The position numbers and the translations under genes are program-made. A model generated the notes under the pieces. The model was not told the DNA's origin, did no database searches, and was given only the letters and a program-made list of their open reading frames with translations. A stretch of DNA of 64,000 nt from Bryobacterales bacterium (GTDB lineage: Bacteria > Acidobacteriota > Terriglobia > Bryobacterales > UBA6623): the NCBI GenBank assembly GCA_965218555.1, contig OZ244625.1:4412968-4476967 (forward strand), read 5' to 3'. This document shows positions 8,683 to 19,032 of this stretch, in pieces (the stretch's first letter is position 1; the number at the start of each line of letters is the position of its first letter).

Positions 8683-10245
8683 TTACGCCTTCTGTGCCGG
8701 ACCGAACCCTCCTCCGCCGGGGGTTTTAATGGTCAGGCGGTCTTCTGCGCCGGCGGTGAAGTGGCCTTTGGCGGGCAAGGGGCTTCCGTTAAGAAGGTTC
8801 AGGCCGGGTTGGCCGGGTTGACCTCCTTGGGAGCCGTAGGGTCGGGTTTGGCGGCGGTCGGAGAGGAGGGCGAAGTCAGTGTCGGTGAGAAACTCGAACT
8901 CGCGAATGACTCCGTCGCCGCCTCGATGCCTGCCCTCGCCTCCTGAGCCGCGACGGACGGCATAGCGTCTCATGAGGAGCGGGTAGAGATGCTCTAAGGC
9001 CTCGACGGGAGTGTTGAGGCTGTTGGTCATGTGGTTCTGGACGGCGTCCATGCCGTCTGCTGTGGGGCGTGCGCCCATGCCTCCGGCGATGGTTTCGTAG
9101 TATGCGAAGGGGAGTCCGGTGGCGGGGTCGATGCCACCCAAGGAGAGGTTGTTCATCGTCCCGGCGCTGGCGGCGGGGATCTGCTCCGGGAGAGCTTTCT
9201 GTAGCGCGCCGAGAAGGGTGTCGGTGATGCGCTGGGATGTCTCGACGTTGCCTGCGGCGACGCTGGCGGGCGGTTGGGCGTCGAGGATGCTGCCGGGTTT
9301 GGTGAGCACCTTGATGGGGCGCAGCAGACCGGCGTTGAACGGCGCGTCGTCGTCGATGAGGCAGCGGAAGCAGTACATCGTGGCGGCGACGGTGATGGAG
9401 AGATTGGCGTTGACGCCGCCGCGCTGTTGCGGGGCGGAGCCGGTGTAGTCGACAACTGCCCGGTCGCCGCTGATGGTGAGGCGGCAGTGGATGCGGACGG
9501 GCTGTGAGCCGAAGCCGTCGTCGTCCAAGAAGTCTTCGAAGTCGTATTCGCCGTCGGGGATTCCGTGCAGCCGGACGCGCATCATGCGTTCGGTGTAGTC
9601 CTTGAGGGCATCCATCTGACAGGCGATGCGGGCGCGGCCGTATTTCTCCGTGGCGGCGAGCAGGCGGCGTTCGCCGATGCGATGGGAGGCGACCTGGGCG
9701 GTGAGGTCGCCCCGGCGTTCGTGCGGCGTGCGGACGTTGGCGAGGATCAGGTCGAGGACTTCGTTTTGGATCTCGCTGCGCCGAAAAAGCTTGACCGGAG
9801 GGATCCGGAGGCCTTCCTGGTAGATCTCGCGGGCGAGGGGCATCGAGCCGGGTGACATGCCGCCGACGTCAGCGTGATGGGCGCGGGTAGCGAGGTAGTA
9901 GGCGGGTTCGGGGTCTTCGGCAGTGAAGACAGCAGAGACGGATGTGATGTCGGGCAGGTGCGTGCCGCCGCGGAAGGGGTCATTGAGAATGACGATGTCT
10001 CCGGGGTCGATCGCATGGGAACGCAGGGCTTCGGCGACCGAGAAGGGCATGGCGCCGAGATGGACCGGCATGTGGTCGCCCATGGCGATGGTTTCGGCGT
10101 GCCGGTCGTAGACGGCGCAGGAAAAGTCGAGCCGCTCCTTGATGTTGACCGAAAAGGCCGTGCGCCGAAGGACGATGCCCATTTCGTCGGCGATGGAAAG
10201 AAAGATGTTCCGAAAAACTTCGAGTTCGAGGTTGAGTCCGCTCAT
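8683..10245 (-). CDS. hyuB: Hydantoinase B/oxoprolinase family protein
   Basis: 520-aa ORF. N-terminal EVFRNIFLSIADEMG, and later NDPFRGGTHLPD, both characteristic of HyuB/OplaH B subunits. Confidence 0.85.
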   Translation of the reverse strand: MSGLNLELEVFRNIFLSIADEMGIVLRRTAFSVNIKERLDFSCAVYDRHAETIAMGDHMPVHLGAMPFSVAEALRSHAIDPGDIVILNDPFRGGTHLPDITSVSAVFTAEDPEPAYYLATRAHHADVGGMSPGSMPLAREIYQEGLRIPPVKLFRRSEIQNEVLDLILANVRTPHERRGDLTAQVASHRIGERRLLAATEKYGRARIACQMDALKDYTERMMRVRLHGIPDGEYDFEDFLDDDGFGSQPVRIHCRLTISGDRAVVDYTGSAPQQRGGVNANLSITVAATMYCFRCLIDDDAPFNAGLLRPIKVLTKPGSILDAQPPASVAAGNVETSQRITDTLLGALQKALPEQIPAASAGTMNNLSLGGIDPATGLPFAYYETIAGGMGARPTADGMDAVQNHMTNSLNTPVEALEHLYPLLMRRYAVRRGSGGEGRHRGGDGVIREFEFLTDTDFALLSDRRQTRPYGSQGGQPGQPGLNLLNGSPLPAKGHFTAGAEDRLTIKTPGGGGFGPAQKA

Positions 10246-10255
10246 GGGGTGTGGA

Positions 10256-12055
10256 TCAGGGCCTAGTCAGGATGAGGTTGCCGGCGGCGTCGCCGCGCGA
10301 AGTCCAGCCGGGCGGGATGTAGACGCTTGAGAAGGCCTCGGCCTGGGTGGGTGCGGCCAGGTCGATCTTGTCAAGCGGCGCAACGGCTCGGATGCGGGCG
10401 GTGACGGCCTCGAAGGCGAGGCCGGGATGGTCGTAGCCGTAGCGTTTGCGGTGGGCGTCGTGGAAGCGGTCGCGGTCTGCGGCAGGGACGGTGATTTCGA
10501 AGGACTGACCTTCGTAGCGCAGGTCGATCTGGCGTTCGAAGTGCACTTGGGGGAGGCCTTCGGCGTCGAACTCCCGGGCGGCACGGGCTTCGAGTTCGGT
10601 GAACACCTCGTTGACATCGCGGCCGAGTGTGGATTGCGAGAAGTCGCGCACGCAGTCGGCGGCGAGCATGCCCAAGGCGGAGAGGACGCCGGCATGCTGC
10701 GGCACGATAACGGTTTTCATTTCGAGGCGCGCGGCAAGCTCGCAAGCGTGCTGCGGGCCCGCGCCACCGAAGCTGAGCAGGGCGAAGTCACGGGGGTCGT
10801 AACCGCGCTCAACGGAGATGGCGCGGATGGCGCGCTCCATGTTGGAGTTGGCGACCTGAATGATGGCCTCGGCGAGTGTGTCCGGAGACGCGCCGACGGC
10901 TTCGGCGAAGCTCGTCATGTGTCTGAGGGTGCGTTCAATGTCCAACGGCATGCGGCCGCCGAGGAACTGCTCGGGGTCGAGGCGGCCAAGCATGAGGTTG
11001 GCGTCGGTGACGGTGATTTCGTCGCCTTCGCCGTAGCAGACCGGGCCGGGGCGGGCGCCGGCGCTGCGGGGTCCGACGCGCAGGGCGCCGGCGGAATCGA
11101 GATAGGTGATCGAGCCACCCCCGGCGCCGACGCTGTGGATGTCGAGCATCGGCACACGGATGGGGAAATCGCCGATCTTCGATTCGGTGGTGTAGGTGAA
11201 GCCGTTGTCATAGAGGGAGACGTCGGTAGAGGTGCCCCCCATGTCGAAGCTGATGATCTTTTCGAAACCCGCCGATCGTGCAACCGCTGCGGCCCCAAGC
11301 ACGCCGCCGGCCGGACCGGAGAGGACGGTGTGGATGGCGCTGCGGCCAGCGGCCCGAGTGGAAATGGAGCCGCCGTTCGATTGAAAGACGCGGAGGCGGC
11401 TGGCGGCAAGTTGCTGATCGAGGCGGCGGAGATAGCGGTCCATCAGCGGCGAGACGTAGGCATTCACGACGGTGGTCGACGCGCGCTCGTATTCACGGTA
11501 TTCCGGAAGGATTTTGTGCGAGAGGGATACGAAGAGGCGCTCCAGCTTTTCACCGAGCAGCCGTTCGTGGGCAGGGTTCACGTAGGAGTGCAGCAGGCAG
11601 ACGGCGACGGACTCGGCGCCGGAGTCGCGAATTCGGCGGGCAAGAGTCTCGGCGGCGTCGGCCGTCAACTCGCGTTCGACGGAGCCGTCATGGAGGATGC
11701 GTTCGGGAGCGCCGAAAGTGAGGTCCCGAGGGATGAGCCGGGCTCGGGCGGCGGCGAAAAAGTTGTAGAGTTCCGGGCGGTTCTGGCGACCGATTTCGAG
11801 GATGTCCTCGAAGCCTTCGGTGGTCACGAAGGCGGTGCGGGAGCCGTTGCGTTCGAGGAGGGCGTTGGTTGCGACGGTCGAGCCGTGGACGATCTCGTCG
11901 GCTACGATGTCGGCGAGTTCCTTGATGATGGCACGCGCGGGGTCGTCGGGCGTGGAGCGGGTTTTACGGGCGAAGTAGCGTTCACCGTCCCAGATGAGGA
12001 AGTCGGTGAACGTGCCGCCGGTGTCGACGCCGACCTGGATGTGAGGGGTTGGCAC
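10256..12055 (-). CDS. hyuA: Hydantoinase A/oxoprolinase family protein
   Basis: 599-aa ORF. VGVDTGGTFTDF N-terminal ATPase motif and FDMGGTSTDV second phosphate-binding motif. Adjacent to hyuB. Confidence 0.85.
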   Translation of the reverse strand: MPTPHIQVGVDTGGTFTDFLIWDGERYFARKTRSTPDDPARAIIKELADIVADEIVHGSTVATNALLERNGSRTAFVTTEGFEDILEIGRQNRPELYNFFAAARARLIPRDLTFGAPERILHDGSVERELTADAAETLARRIRDSGAESVAVCLLHSYVNPAHERLLGEKLERLFVSLSHKILPEYREYERASTTVVNAYVSPLMDRYLRRLDQQLAASRLRVFQSNGGSISTRAAGRSAIHTVLSGPAGGVLGAAAVARSAGFEKIISFDMGGTSTDVSLYDNGFTYTTESKIGDFPIRVPMLDIHSVGAGGGSITYLDSAGALRVGPRSAGARPGPVCYGEGDEITVTDANLMLGRLDPEQFLGGRMPLDIERTLRHMTSFAEAVGASPDTLAEAIIQVANSNMERAIRAISVERGYDPRDFALLSFGGAGPQHACELAARLEMKTVIVPQHAGVLSALGMLAADCVRDFSQSTLGRDVNEVFTELEARAAREFDAEGLPQVHFERQIDLRYEGQSFEITVPAADRDRFHDAHRKRYGYDHPGLAFEAVTARIRAVAPLDKIDLAAPTQAEAFSSVYIPPGWTSRGDAAGNLILTRP

Positions 12056-12205
12056 TCGCTAAAACCTGAATTGTAGGATACGGGTGATTCGGGCTTCAGA
12101 AGGGGCCGAAGCTGCGCTTGGCGCGCAGGGTAGCAACGAAGGCGCTCCATCCGCGATCCATGGCTGATGGGCGTGTCGGATCGTTCTTCCAGACTTTGTC
12201 CGGCG

Positions 12206-13183
12206 CTAACGCCCCGGTCCCGATGGGACTTGGCGGTCGGGTTTGGGCTTGGCGCGGATCAGGCGCCAGGGCCTCTGCCGCAATTCATCCGTTAGTTCCT
12301 CGACATTCCGGGAAGCGACGCGGAAGTTCTCGATCGATTCGTTGACGTTCTCCTCGTTCACTGCGACCAGGGCCTGAATCTGGTCCAGCAGTTCACGGGC
12401 TTCGCGGAGGGTCAATTCCAACTCTTCGAGGTCGCGCTTGAGAGGCTCACGAGCATCCTGGATCATTCCGTTGAAGTTGGTGACAGTTACATCGGCATTC
12501 TTAGCCAGCTTGGTGAATTCGTCGGTCATTCCCTGCGCTTTTTCGAGAGTCTCGCTAATGTCGTCGGTAACCTGATCGATCTTGGGGCGGAGTTCTTCGA
12601 CGAGCAGGTTCGTGTTTTCGAGCATCTTCTCGACGTTGCGCTGGTTATTGTCGCCGGTCAGTTCTTGGAGGTTGGTCAGGAGCACATGGGCGTCTTCGGC
12701 GACCATGCGGAAGTCGCGCTGGACAACCTTCATCACATCCTGTGCGGTGTCGGTAACGTCAGATATTTTCTTGGTGAGGTCGTCAAGGGTTACGGTTTCC
12801 ATCGAATCAATGGTGCCGCCGGGCTCGACGCGCGGGGCGTTCATTTCGCCCGGCGTCACCTCCAGGTAGTTGTTGCCCAACGCGCTGAGAGAAGCGATCC
12901 TGGCGACGGACTTGGCGTTGACGGGCACATCTCCGCGCATCTCCAGCAGGACCTCGATGCGTGTCGGGTCTTCTTTCCAAGGCCGAATGTCGGTAACGAC
13001 GCCGGCCTTGAGTCCGCCGAAACGGACCGTGTGTCCGGACTCCAACCCACCGGCGTAGTCGAAGTAGGTTTTGTAGCTGACCTTCTCTCCGGCTAACTCT
13101 ACGTTTGCCACGGAGATGAAGGTCGCCACGAAGATGATCAGGGCAACGATGACGAAGGCGCCGACTTTGGCTTCATTGCTCAT
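12206..13183 (-). CDS. mlaD: MlaD/MCE-domain protein with long helical C-terminus
   Basis: 325-aa ORF. N-terminal TM helix (VGAFVIVALIIFVATFISV), MCE-like beta domain (VRFGGLKAGVVTDI), then a coiled-coil tail. Follows mlaE-mlaF. Confidence 0.8.
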   Translation of the reverse strand: MSNEAKVGAFVIVALIIFVATFISVANVELAGEKVSYKTYFDYAGGLESGHTVRFGGLKAGVVTDIRPWKEDPTRIEVLLEMRGDVPVNAKSVARIASLSALGNNYLEVTPGEMNAPRVEPGGTIDSMETVTLDDLTKKISDVTDTAQDVMKVVQRDFRMVAEDAHVLLTNLQELTGDNNQRNVEKMLENTNLLVEELRPKIDQVTDDISETLEKAQGMTDEFTKLAKNADVTVTNFNGMIQDAREPLKRDLEELELTLREARELLDQIQALVAVNEENVNESIENFRVASRNVEELTDELRQRPWRLIRAKPKPDRQVPSGPGR

Positions 13184-13191
13184 GAGGAATC

Positions 13192-14022
13192 CTAGATTTT
13201 CGTAAGCGTCTGGAGATAGTCGTCTTGACCGCCCACGGCCTTATCGGGGACGCGGTCGAGGAACTGGCGGATGCGAGGGTGAGTGCTCTGGCGAATCTCA
13301 GCGGTAGTGCCTACAGCAAGAATCTTCCCATGCCGCAGCATGCACATGCGATCGGCAATCAGAAAAGCGCTGGCGAGTTCGTGTGTTACGACGACGATGG
13401 TCATCTTGAAGGCGCTCTTGAGTTTCAGAATGAGGCCGTCAATTTCAGCGGCAATGATGGGGTCCAGGCCCGCAGAGGGCTCATCGAAGAGCAGGATCTC
13501 GGGATCCATCGCAATGGCGCGGGCGACCGATGCGCGTTTGCGCATTCCGCCCGACAGTTGCGCCGGGTAGAGATTCTCGGCGTCTCCGAGACCGACCTGA
13601 GAGAGTTTCATCCGAGTCATGAGCCGGATGGTCGACTCGGCCAGATTGGTGTGCTCGCGCAGCGGCAAAGCGACGTTGTCGGCCAATGTCATCGAGTTGA
13701 ACAGTGCCGCGCTTTGGAACGAAATGCCCATGATACGGCGGATGTCGTTGACTTCATCCTCGGAAGCGCGTGTGATATCAACGTTCTTGATAAAAACGTG
13801 ACCGGAAGTGGGCTTTTCGAGTCCCATGATCCGTCGGAGCAGAGTGCTCTTGCCGGATCCGGACCCGCCCATGATGACCATGGTTTCACCGGCGAAGATG
13901 TCAAGGTTGACGCCGTCGAGAACCTTCTTGTCGCCATAGCGAACCGCCAAATCGCACACCGAGATGATCGGTGCGCCGGCGGCCCCATGCGCGCGGCTGG
14001 TAGGGGGTTTCGGTTCGCTCAT
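13192..14022 (-). CDS. mlaF: ABC transporter ATP-binding protein MlaF
   Basis: The track ORF is 13192..14157. I trimmed it to ATG 14022, which forms an ATGA overlap with the mlaE stop (14019-14021). Walker A GGSGSGKST, signature LSGGMRKR, Walker B LLFDEP. Confidence 0.85.
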   Translation of the reverse strand: MSEPKPPTSRAHGAAGAPIISVCDLAVRYGDKKVLDGVNLDIFAGETMVIMGGSGSGKSTLLRRIMGLEKPTSGHVFIKNVDITRASEDEVNDIRRIMGISFQSAALFNSMTLADNVALPLREHTNLAESTIRLMTRMKLSQVGLGDAENLYPAQLSGGMRKRASVARAIAMDPEILLFDEPSAGLDPIIAAEIDGLILKLKSAFKMTIVVVTHELASAFLIADRMCMLRHGKILAVGTTAEIRQSTHPRIRQFLDRVPDKAVGGQDDYLQTLTKI

Positions 14023-14816
14023 CGCCAGAAGAAGTAGAAGAACGCCGTAAACAAAAGGTCGGCCAGGATAATCAGAAAGATCGACTTCACGACGGCGGCA
14101 GTGGTCGAGCGGCCGACGCCGACGGGTCCTCCCGTGACGTGAAAGCCTTCGTAGCAACCGACATGGACGATGATCGTTCCGAAAGCAATGCTCTTGATGA
14201 GTCCGGATACGATATCACGGAGCAAGAGCGCTTCCAACATGGCTCGAATGTAAAGAGGAAATCCCATATCGAGCGTGAAATATATGAAGATGCCTCCGGC
14301 GAGAATACCCGCCGTATTGGCGGCGATGGTCAGGCAAGGGAGCATGAGGAGCATCGCGATGTATTTGGGCACCAGCAGGAACTCGATGGGGTCGAGGGCC
14401 ATCGAGCGGAGAGCGTCGACCTCTTCGGTGACGACCATGGTGCCGATTTCGGCCGAGAAGGCGGATCCGGAGCGGCCCACGACGACAATCGCGGTGATCA
14501 GAGGACCGAGTTCCCGCGTCATGCTTACGGCAACGAGGTTGATCACAAGCTGTATGGCCCCGAGTCGCCGCAGCTCCGCTCCTCCTTGAAGGGCCATGAT
14601 CAATCCAGTGCAGGCGGCAATCAAGCAGACGACGGGAAGAGCATTGACGCCGACGACTGCCATTTGCTGGATGGTGCTGGTCCAGCGGAGTCGACTGCCG
14701 GAGATGGGGTTGGCGCGCCAGGCAGCGGCGACGCCGCGATAGAACTGAATGGTCAGTCCCCCGATATACTCGGCGCGCTGGATGGTGCCTCTGCCGACGG
14801 ATGCAAAGAGCGACAT
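14019..14816 (-). CDS. mlaE: ABC transporter permease MlaE
   Basis: 265-aa polytopic ORF with the MlaE-like pattern (GAIQLVINLVAVSMTRELGPLITAIVVVGRSGSAFSAEIGTM). Confidence 0.85.
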   Translation of the reverse strand: MSLFASVGRGTIQRAEYIGGLTIQFYRGVAAAWRANPISGSRLRWTSTIQQMAVVGVNALPVVCLIAACTGLIMALQGGAELRRLGAIQLVINLVAVSMTRELGPLITAIVVVGRSGSAFSAEIGTMVVTEEVDALRSMALDPIEFLLVPKYIAMLLMLPCLTIAANTAGILAGGIFIYFTLDMGFPLYIRAMLEALLLRDIVSGLIKSIAFGTIIVHVGCYEGFHVTGGPVGVGRSTTAAVVKSIFLIILADLLFTAFFYFFWR

Positions 14817-14877
14817 GAATGTGGGCGAATCGGTGAGTCGTCCGTTGAGTGGCGGCGTCTGTACGACGCCGGGTCGT

Positions 14878-15204
14878 TCAGGTTACGGCATCCTCCGTTT
14901 CGGCGATCTCGAAGACGTTCAGCAGGCGAGTCAACTCGAGCACATGCCGCGGTCCCTCTCGCAGGCCGACAAGGACAAAACGGCGGTTCTGCTTTCTGGC
15001 CTCTTGCAACCCCTCGACCAGGCTGGCGATGCCGGAACTATCGATATAAGGCACTTCGGCCAGGCTGACGATGATCTGCTCCTGTTGGCGGTTGCGGAAG
15101 AGATCCAAAACCGTCTCGCGCAGCTCAGGCGAAGAGTGGAGGTCGATGTCGCCTTCCACGTGCACTACTGACCGTGTTCCGACCCGTCTGACGTTCAAGT
15201 CCAT
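14878..15204 (-). CDS. STAS-domain anti-sigma-factor antagonist (SpoIIAA/RsbV-like)
   Basis: 108-aa ORF. Conserved phosphorylatable-serine motif YIDSSGIASLVE. Confidence 0.85.
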   Translation of the reverse strand: MDLNVRRVGTRSVVHVEGDIDLHSSPELRETVLDLFRNRQQEQIIVSLAEVPYIDSSGIASLVEGLQEARKQNRRFVLVGLREGPRHVLELTRLLNVFEIAETEDAVT

Positions 15205-15213
15205 GGCTCAAAT

Positions 15214-15630
15214 TCACTTGGCGTGCGCCTTGATTCGTTTCCTCATGCGCACACAGTTCTTGCCCTCCCGGCGTTCGTACTCGATTTCGTCCATGACCGT
15301 TTGCATCAGAAACATGCCGCGCCCGCCCGCGCGCAACTCGTCGGGGGGAGGGATCGGCTGGCTGATGGGGTTGAACGGATCGCCGTTGTCCTGGATTTCC
15401 ACCTCGATGCCGTCTTCGCTATGTAGGGCGGAAACGGTGAGGCGTTGCTCGTACTCCCCCTGATAAGAGTGCTTGATCACGTTGGCGGACGCTTCGTCGA
15501 CCGCCAAGACTACCTCGCGCGCCGATTGTGCGTCCAGACCCTTCAACTCGGCGTACTCCGTATCGACGCGTCGAATCAGGCAAAGCCAGCGCGGATGGCT
15601 GGCAACTGTGATCTCGACCTCGGCGGCCAT
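15214..15630 (-). CDS. Anti-sigma regulatory factor, HATPase_c Ser/Thr kinase (RsbW/SpoIIAB-like)
   Basis: 138-aa ORF. N-box EASANVIKH, G1 DNG and G2 GGRGMFLM. Confidence 0.8.
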   Translation of the reverse strand: MAAEVEITVASHPRWLCLIRRVDTEYAELKGLDAQSAREVVLAVDEASANVIKHSYQGEYEQRLTVSALHSEDGIEVEIQDNGDPFNPISQPIPPPDELRAGGRGMFLMQTVMDEIEYERREGKNCVRMRKRIKAHAK

Positions 15631-15779
15631 TCAGTTCGTTGGGAGCTCTCGGGGACGCCAGGGACGCGTGTTTCAGGCGCAATTATAACATGCGGTCCCG
15701 GGACCAACGGGGCCGTCGTCGGCCGTGTGTTCATTGTAGAAATCGGCGGAATTGCTATCGTGAGTCGGTGCCGGATCGG

Positions 15780-17021
15780 GTGTCACCGGCGCGCCGCGGC
15801 GCCTTCCAAACTCTCCTCCGCGTCGAGGCGGAGGATTCCTTCGCGTCCGATACGATCCATGCCGACTCGCAGTTTGCAGTGATGTCGGAGCGTGACCGGG
15901 CGCTCGCTCAAGAAATCACTCTGGGATGTCTGCGATGGCAGGGGGCGATCGACGCAATGCTGGCGGAGGTGGCTCGCCGGCCGGTCGGAAGACTGGATCG
16001 AGAGGTTCGAATCGCTCTGCGCATGGGTTGTTATCAGATGCGTTTTCTGGATCGGATACCGGATCGTGCGGCCGTTTCGGAGAGCGTGGAGTTGGTCAAG
16101 ACATCCGGGAAGCGGTCCGCTGCCGGGTTTGTGAACGCCGTTCTGCGTACGTTGCCTCGGCGCGCCGGGGAAAAGGTCGAGCTGAAACGGACCCATCCGC
16201 GGTGGCTCGTCGATCGATGGACTGAATGTTTCGATGAAGAGACGGTTGCGGGCATCCTCAAGGCGAACCAGACGCCTCCAAGCACGTATCTTCGATTGAA
16301 CACGCAGTATCCGCTGGAGGAGACTCTGCAGCAACTTCATCAGGAAGGCGTTGAGACGGGAGCGACGGAACTACTTCACGCGCGCCTGCTCGGAAGAGGC
16401 AAACCGATGATGACGGTGTGCTGGCGCGACGGGCGAGTCCGCATCCAGGATCTGAGTTCGCAAATGATCGTTCCGCTGCTCAATCTGTCTCGGGAACACC
16501 GGTTTCTCGACCTTTGTGCGGCGCCCGGGGGGAAAACCGTGCAAGCAGTGGAGGCAATCGGCTCGAGTTCGAGAACTGTCGCGGCGGACCGCCATCTTCA
16601 CCGCCTTCGCACCCTCGGGCAACTGGCGGCGACTCCCGTCAAGAAGGTAGCTCTCGATGCCACGGCTCCACTTCCTTTCCGAACGAAGTTTGATCGCATT
16701 CTCGTGGATGTGCCGTGCTCCGGCACCGGAACCCTGGCCCGGAACCCTGAGATCAAGTGGCGTTTGAGGCCGCAAGACCTGAGAGACCTCGTCCTGAAGC
16801 AGGAGAGCATTCTTACCTGCGCGCTTGGCGCCCTGGAGCCCTCCGGAGTCTTGGTCTACTCCACTTGCTCGCTGGAGCCGGAGGAGAATCGGGGTGTTGT
16901 CCAAGCTGTGCTTGACGAGAGAACCGAATTTCGGGCTGACGCGTATCTGGAAAGAGTGCCCGGTCGGGACCCGGGAGACGGATTCTTCGCCTGTCGGATC
17001 GTGCGATTGCGTGATTCGTGA
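15780..17021 (+). CDS. rsmB: 16S rRNA (cytosine-C5) methyltransferase RsmB/Sun
   Basis: The track ORF starts at TTG 15639; I favour GTG 15780 ([15 protein letters not shown]), and the start is uncertain. NusB-like N-domain, SAM motif [10 protein letters not shown], catalytic DVPCSGTG and YSTCS motifs. Confidence 0.85.
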   Translation: MSPARRGAFQTLLRVEAEDSFASDTIHADSQFAVMSERDRALAQEITLGCLRWQGAIDAMLAEVARRPVGRLDREVRIALRMGCYQMRFLDRIPDRAAVSESVELVKTSGKRSAAGFVNAVLRTLPRRAGEKVELKRTHPRWLVDRWTECFDEETVAGILKANQTPPSTYLRLNTQYPLEETLQQLHQEGVETGATELLHARLLGRGKPMMTVCWRDGRVRIQDLSSQMIVPLLNLSREHRFLDLCAAPGGKTVQAVEAIGSSSRTVAADRHLHRLRTLGQLAATPVKKVALDATAPLPFRTKFDRILVDVPCSGTGTLARNPEIKWRLRPQDLRDLVLKQESILTCALGALEPSGVLVYSTCSLEPEENRGVVQAVLDERTEFRADAYLERVPGRDPGDGFFACRIVRLRDS

Positions 17022-17098
17022 CCCGCAGAAAATCACAGCTCCGCGATAGAATGAGAATCAGTTACCCTCCTGTCCGTCTCACCTTAGCCTCGCAAACC

Positions 17099-17773
17099 AT
17101 GGTTGAGATCGCTCCTTCGATTCTGTCTGCGGATTTTGCCCACCTTGCCCGCGATGTGGAAGCGGTCGAGCGGTCCGGTGTTTCGATGATCCACGTGGAT
17201 GTGATGGACGGGCATTTTGTGCCCAACATCACCATCGGCCCGCCGGTCGTTCGCTCGCTGCGCAAGGCGACCGGTCTCTTGCTGGACTGCCATTTGATGG
17301 TCGAGAATCCGGATCTGCATATACCGCAGTTCGCGGTATCGGGCGCGCAGATGATTTCGGTTCATCAAGAAGCATGTCCTCATCTGGACCGAACGATTCA
17401 GCTCATCAAGGAAAACGGCGCGGCGGCGGGCGTCGTGCTGAATCCGGCAACGCCGGTGCAAACGCTTTCGACGATACTCGGGGCGGTGGACTTCGTCTTG
17501 GTTATGAGCGTCAATCCCGGATTTGGCGGCCAGAAGTTCATAGATTATGCGCTGGACAAGATCCGAGAATTGGATCGGCTGCGGCGAGAGCTGCGGTTTT
17601 CGTATCGGATTGAGGTTGACGGCGGGGTCTCAGAAGACAATGTCGGCGAGATTGTGAACGCCGGATGCGATATCATCGTGGCAGGATCGAGCATCTTCGG
17701 TAGGGACGATCCGGCTGCGGCTGTCGCCGGATTGCGCCGTAAGATAGAGGAGCAAGCACTTCTCCGAGCTTAG
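17099..17773 (+). CDS. rpe: Ribulose-phosphate 3-epimerase
   Basis: Trimmed to ATG 17099 ([13 protein letters not shown]). Motifs [22 protein letters not shown] and VDGG. Confidence 0.9.
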   Translation: MVEIAPSILSADFAHLARDVEAVERSGVSMIHVDVMDGHFVPNITIGPPVVRSLRKATGLLLDCHLMVENPDLHIPQFAVSGAQMISVHQEACPHLDRTIQLIKENGAAAGVVLNPATPVQTLSTILGAVDFVLVMSVNPGFGGQKFIDYALDKIRELDRLRRELRFSYRIEVDGGVSEDNVGEIVNAGCDIIVAGSSIFGRDDPAAAVAGLRRKIEEQALLRA

Positions 17774-17800
17774 AGTACGTAGGGTTGGATAGGTAACGAA

Positions 17801-18919
17801 ATGAAACGAAACATATTGATCATTGCTGTTTGCAGTCTGGCGCTGAGCTTTCTCACAGGGTGTGGCCGCAAGGCCTACGAGAATCCGATTGCCACAAACT
17901 CACAGCAGCCGGACAAGATCCTTTTCGACAAAGCCATCAATGATCTCGAGAAGCGGCGTTATGAGTTGACGCGTCTGACACTCAATACGTTGATCAATAC
18001 CTATCCCGACAGTGAGTACATCGCCAAGGCCAAGCTGGCCATTGCCGACAGTTGGTATCGCGAGGGGACACGCCACGCCCTGGCCCAAGCGGAAGCGGAA
18101 TACAAAGATTTCATGACGTTCTTCCCGACGATGGAAGAGTCGGCGGAGTCGCAGATGAAGATCTGCAAGATCCACTACGACCAAATGCACAGCGCCGACC
18201 GTGACCAAACGCATGTAGCCAAAGCGGACCAGGAATGCCGGCAGATGCTGATGCAATACCCCAACAGCCGCCATGCCGATGGGGCGCGGCAGATGTTGCG
18301 TGAAGTCCAGGAAATATTGGCGGACGGCGAGTTTCGGGTCGGCGCGTTCTACTCGTTCAAGGGCAGCTACCGCGCCGGAGCGAATCGTCTGCAGGCTGTG
18401 ACGGACCACTATCCGCTGTTCAGCCGCAGCGACGAAGCGCTATGGACGCTCGCCGATACGTACCAGAAGTTGGGCGACGAGTACATGGAGCAAAGGGCTG
18501 ACGCTCTAGCCCGGCTGGTGCGGGACTATCCCCTGAGCGAGTACCTCGATCGCGCGAAACAGGAGTTGGTGGCGATGAATCGGCCGGTGCCTGAGGCGGA
18601 CCCGGCGCGCTTCGAGTTGATGAAGTACAACCTGGATCATCGTACGAAGAAAAGCATCTACGGCAAGATGTTTGGATTTTTCGGAACCGGCCCGAACCTC
18701 CGTAATGCCGCCAAGGCGGGCGACCCGGTGATGACGGCTCTGACGCCGACAACGCCGGTCGGAGTGGGGCAAACCCGCGTCGAAGCCGATGGAACCGCGG
18801 GCGTCACCGTCGAGACCATCTCGGGTGAAAGCAAGTTGGACACCGAGCCCGACGCTCGCCGGGGGGCGCAACAGAACGAGGCGGAAGACGAACAAGAGTC
18901 CGATCAGCAGGAACAATAA
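17801..18919 (+). CDS. bamD: Outer-membrane assembly lipoprotein BamD/YfiO-like (TPR) with long C-terminal extension
   Basis: 372-aa ORF. Lipobox LSFLTGC. TPR pattern with YPDSEYIAKAKLAIADSWY, YPNSRHADGARQ and YPLSEY. Confidence 0.75.
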   Translation: MKRNILIIAVCSLALSFLTGCGRKAYENPIATNSQQPDKILFDKAINDLEKRRYELTRLTLNTLINTYPDSEYIAKAKLAIADSWYREGTRHALAQAEAEYKDFMTFFPTMEESAESQMKICKIHYDQMHSADRDQTHVAKADQECRQMLMQYPNSRHADGARQMLREVQEILADGEFRVGAFYSFKGSYRAGANRLQAVTDHYPLFSRSDEALWTLADTYQKLGDEYMEQRADALARLVRDYPLSEYLDRAKQELVAMNRPVPEADPARFELMKYNLDHRTKKSIYGKMFGFFGTGPNLRNAAKAGDPVMTALTPTTPVGVGQTRVEADGTAGVTVETISGESKLDTEPDARRGAQQNEAEDEQESDQQEQ

Positions 18920-19032
18920 GCGTCCTCCGGGCCGCGCTACCCGGCGGTGCGGTCGATGGAGTGGGCTGAGTGCAAGGTTGCGGATCTCTATGCCGAAATC
19001 TTCGCTACGGGTTTAGAGTCCCATCTGCTAGC

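Noticed and set aside
10427-12076. 549-aa plus-strand ORF
   Set aside because: It is fully antisense to hyuA, which has clear hydantoinase motifs. Its translation is Gly/Ala/Val/Asp/Arg-rich, as expected for the antisense frame of GC-rich coding DNA.
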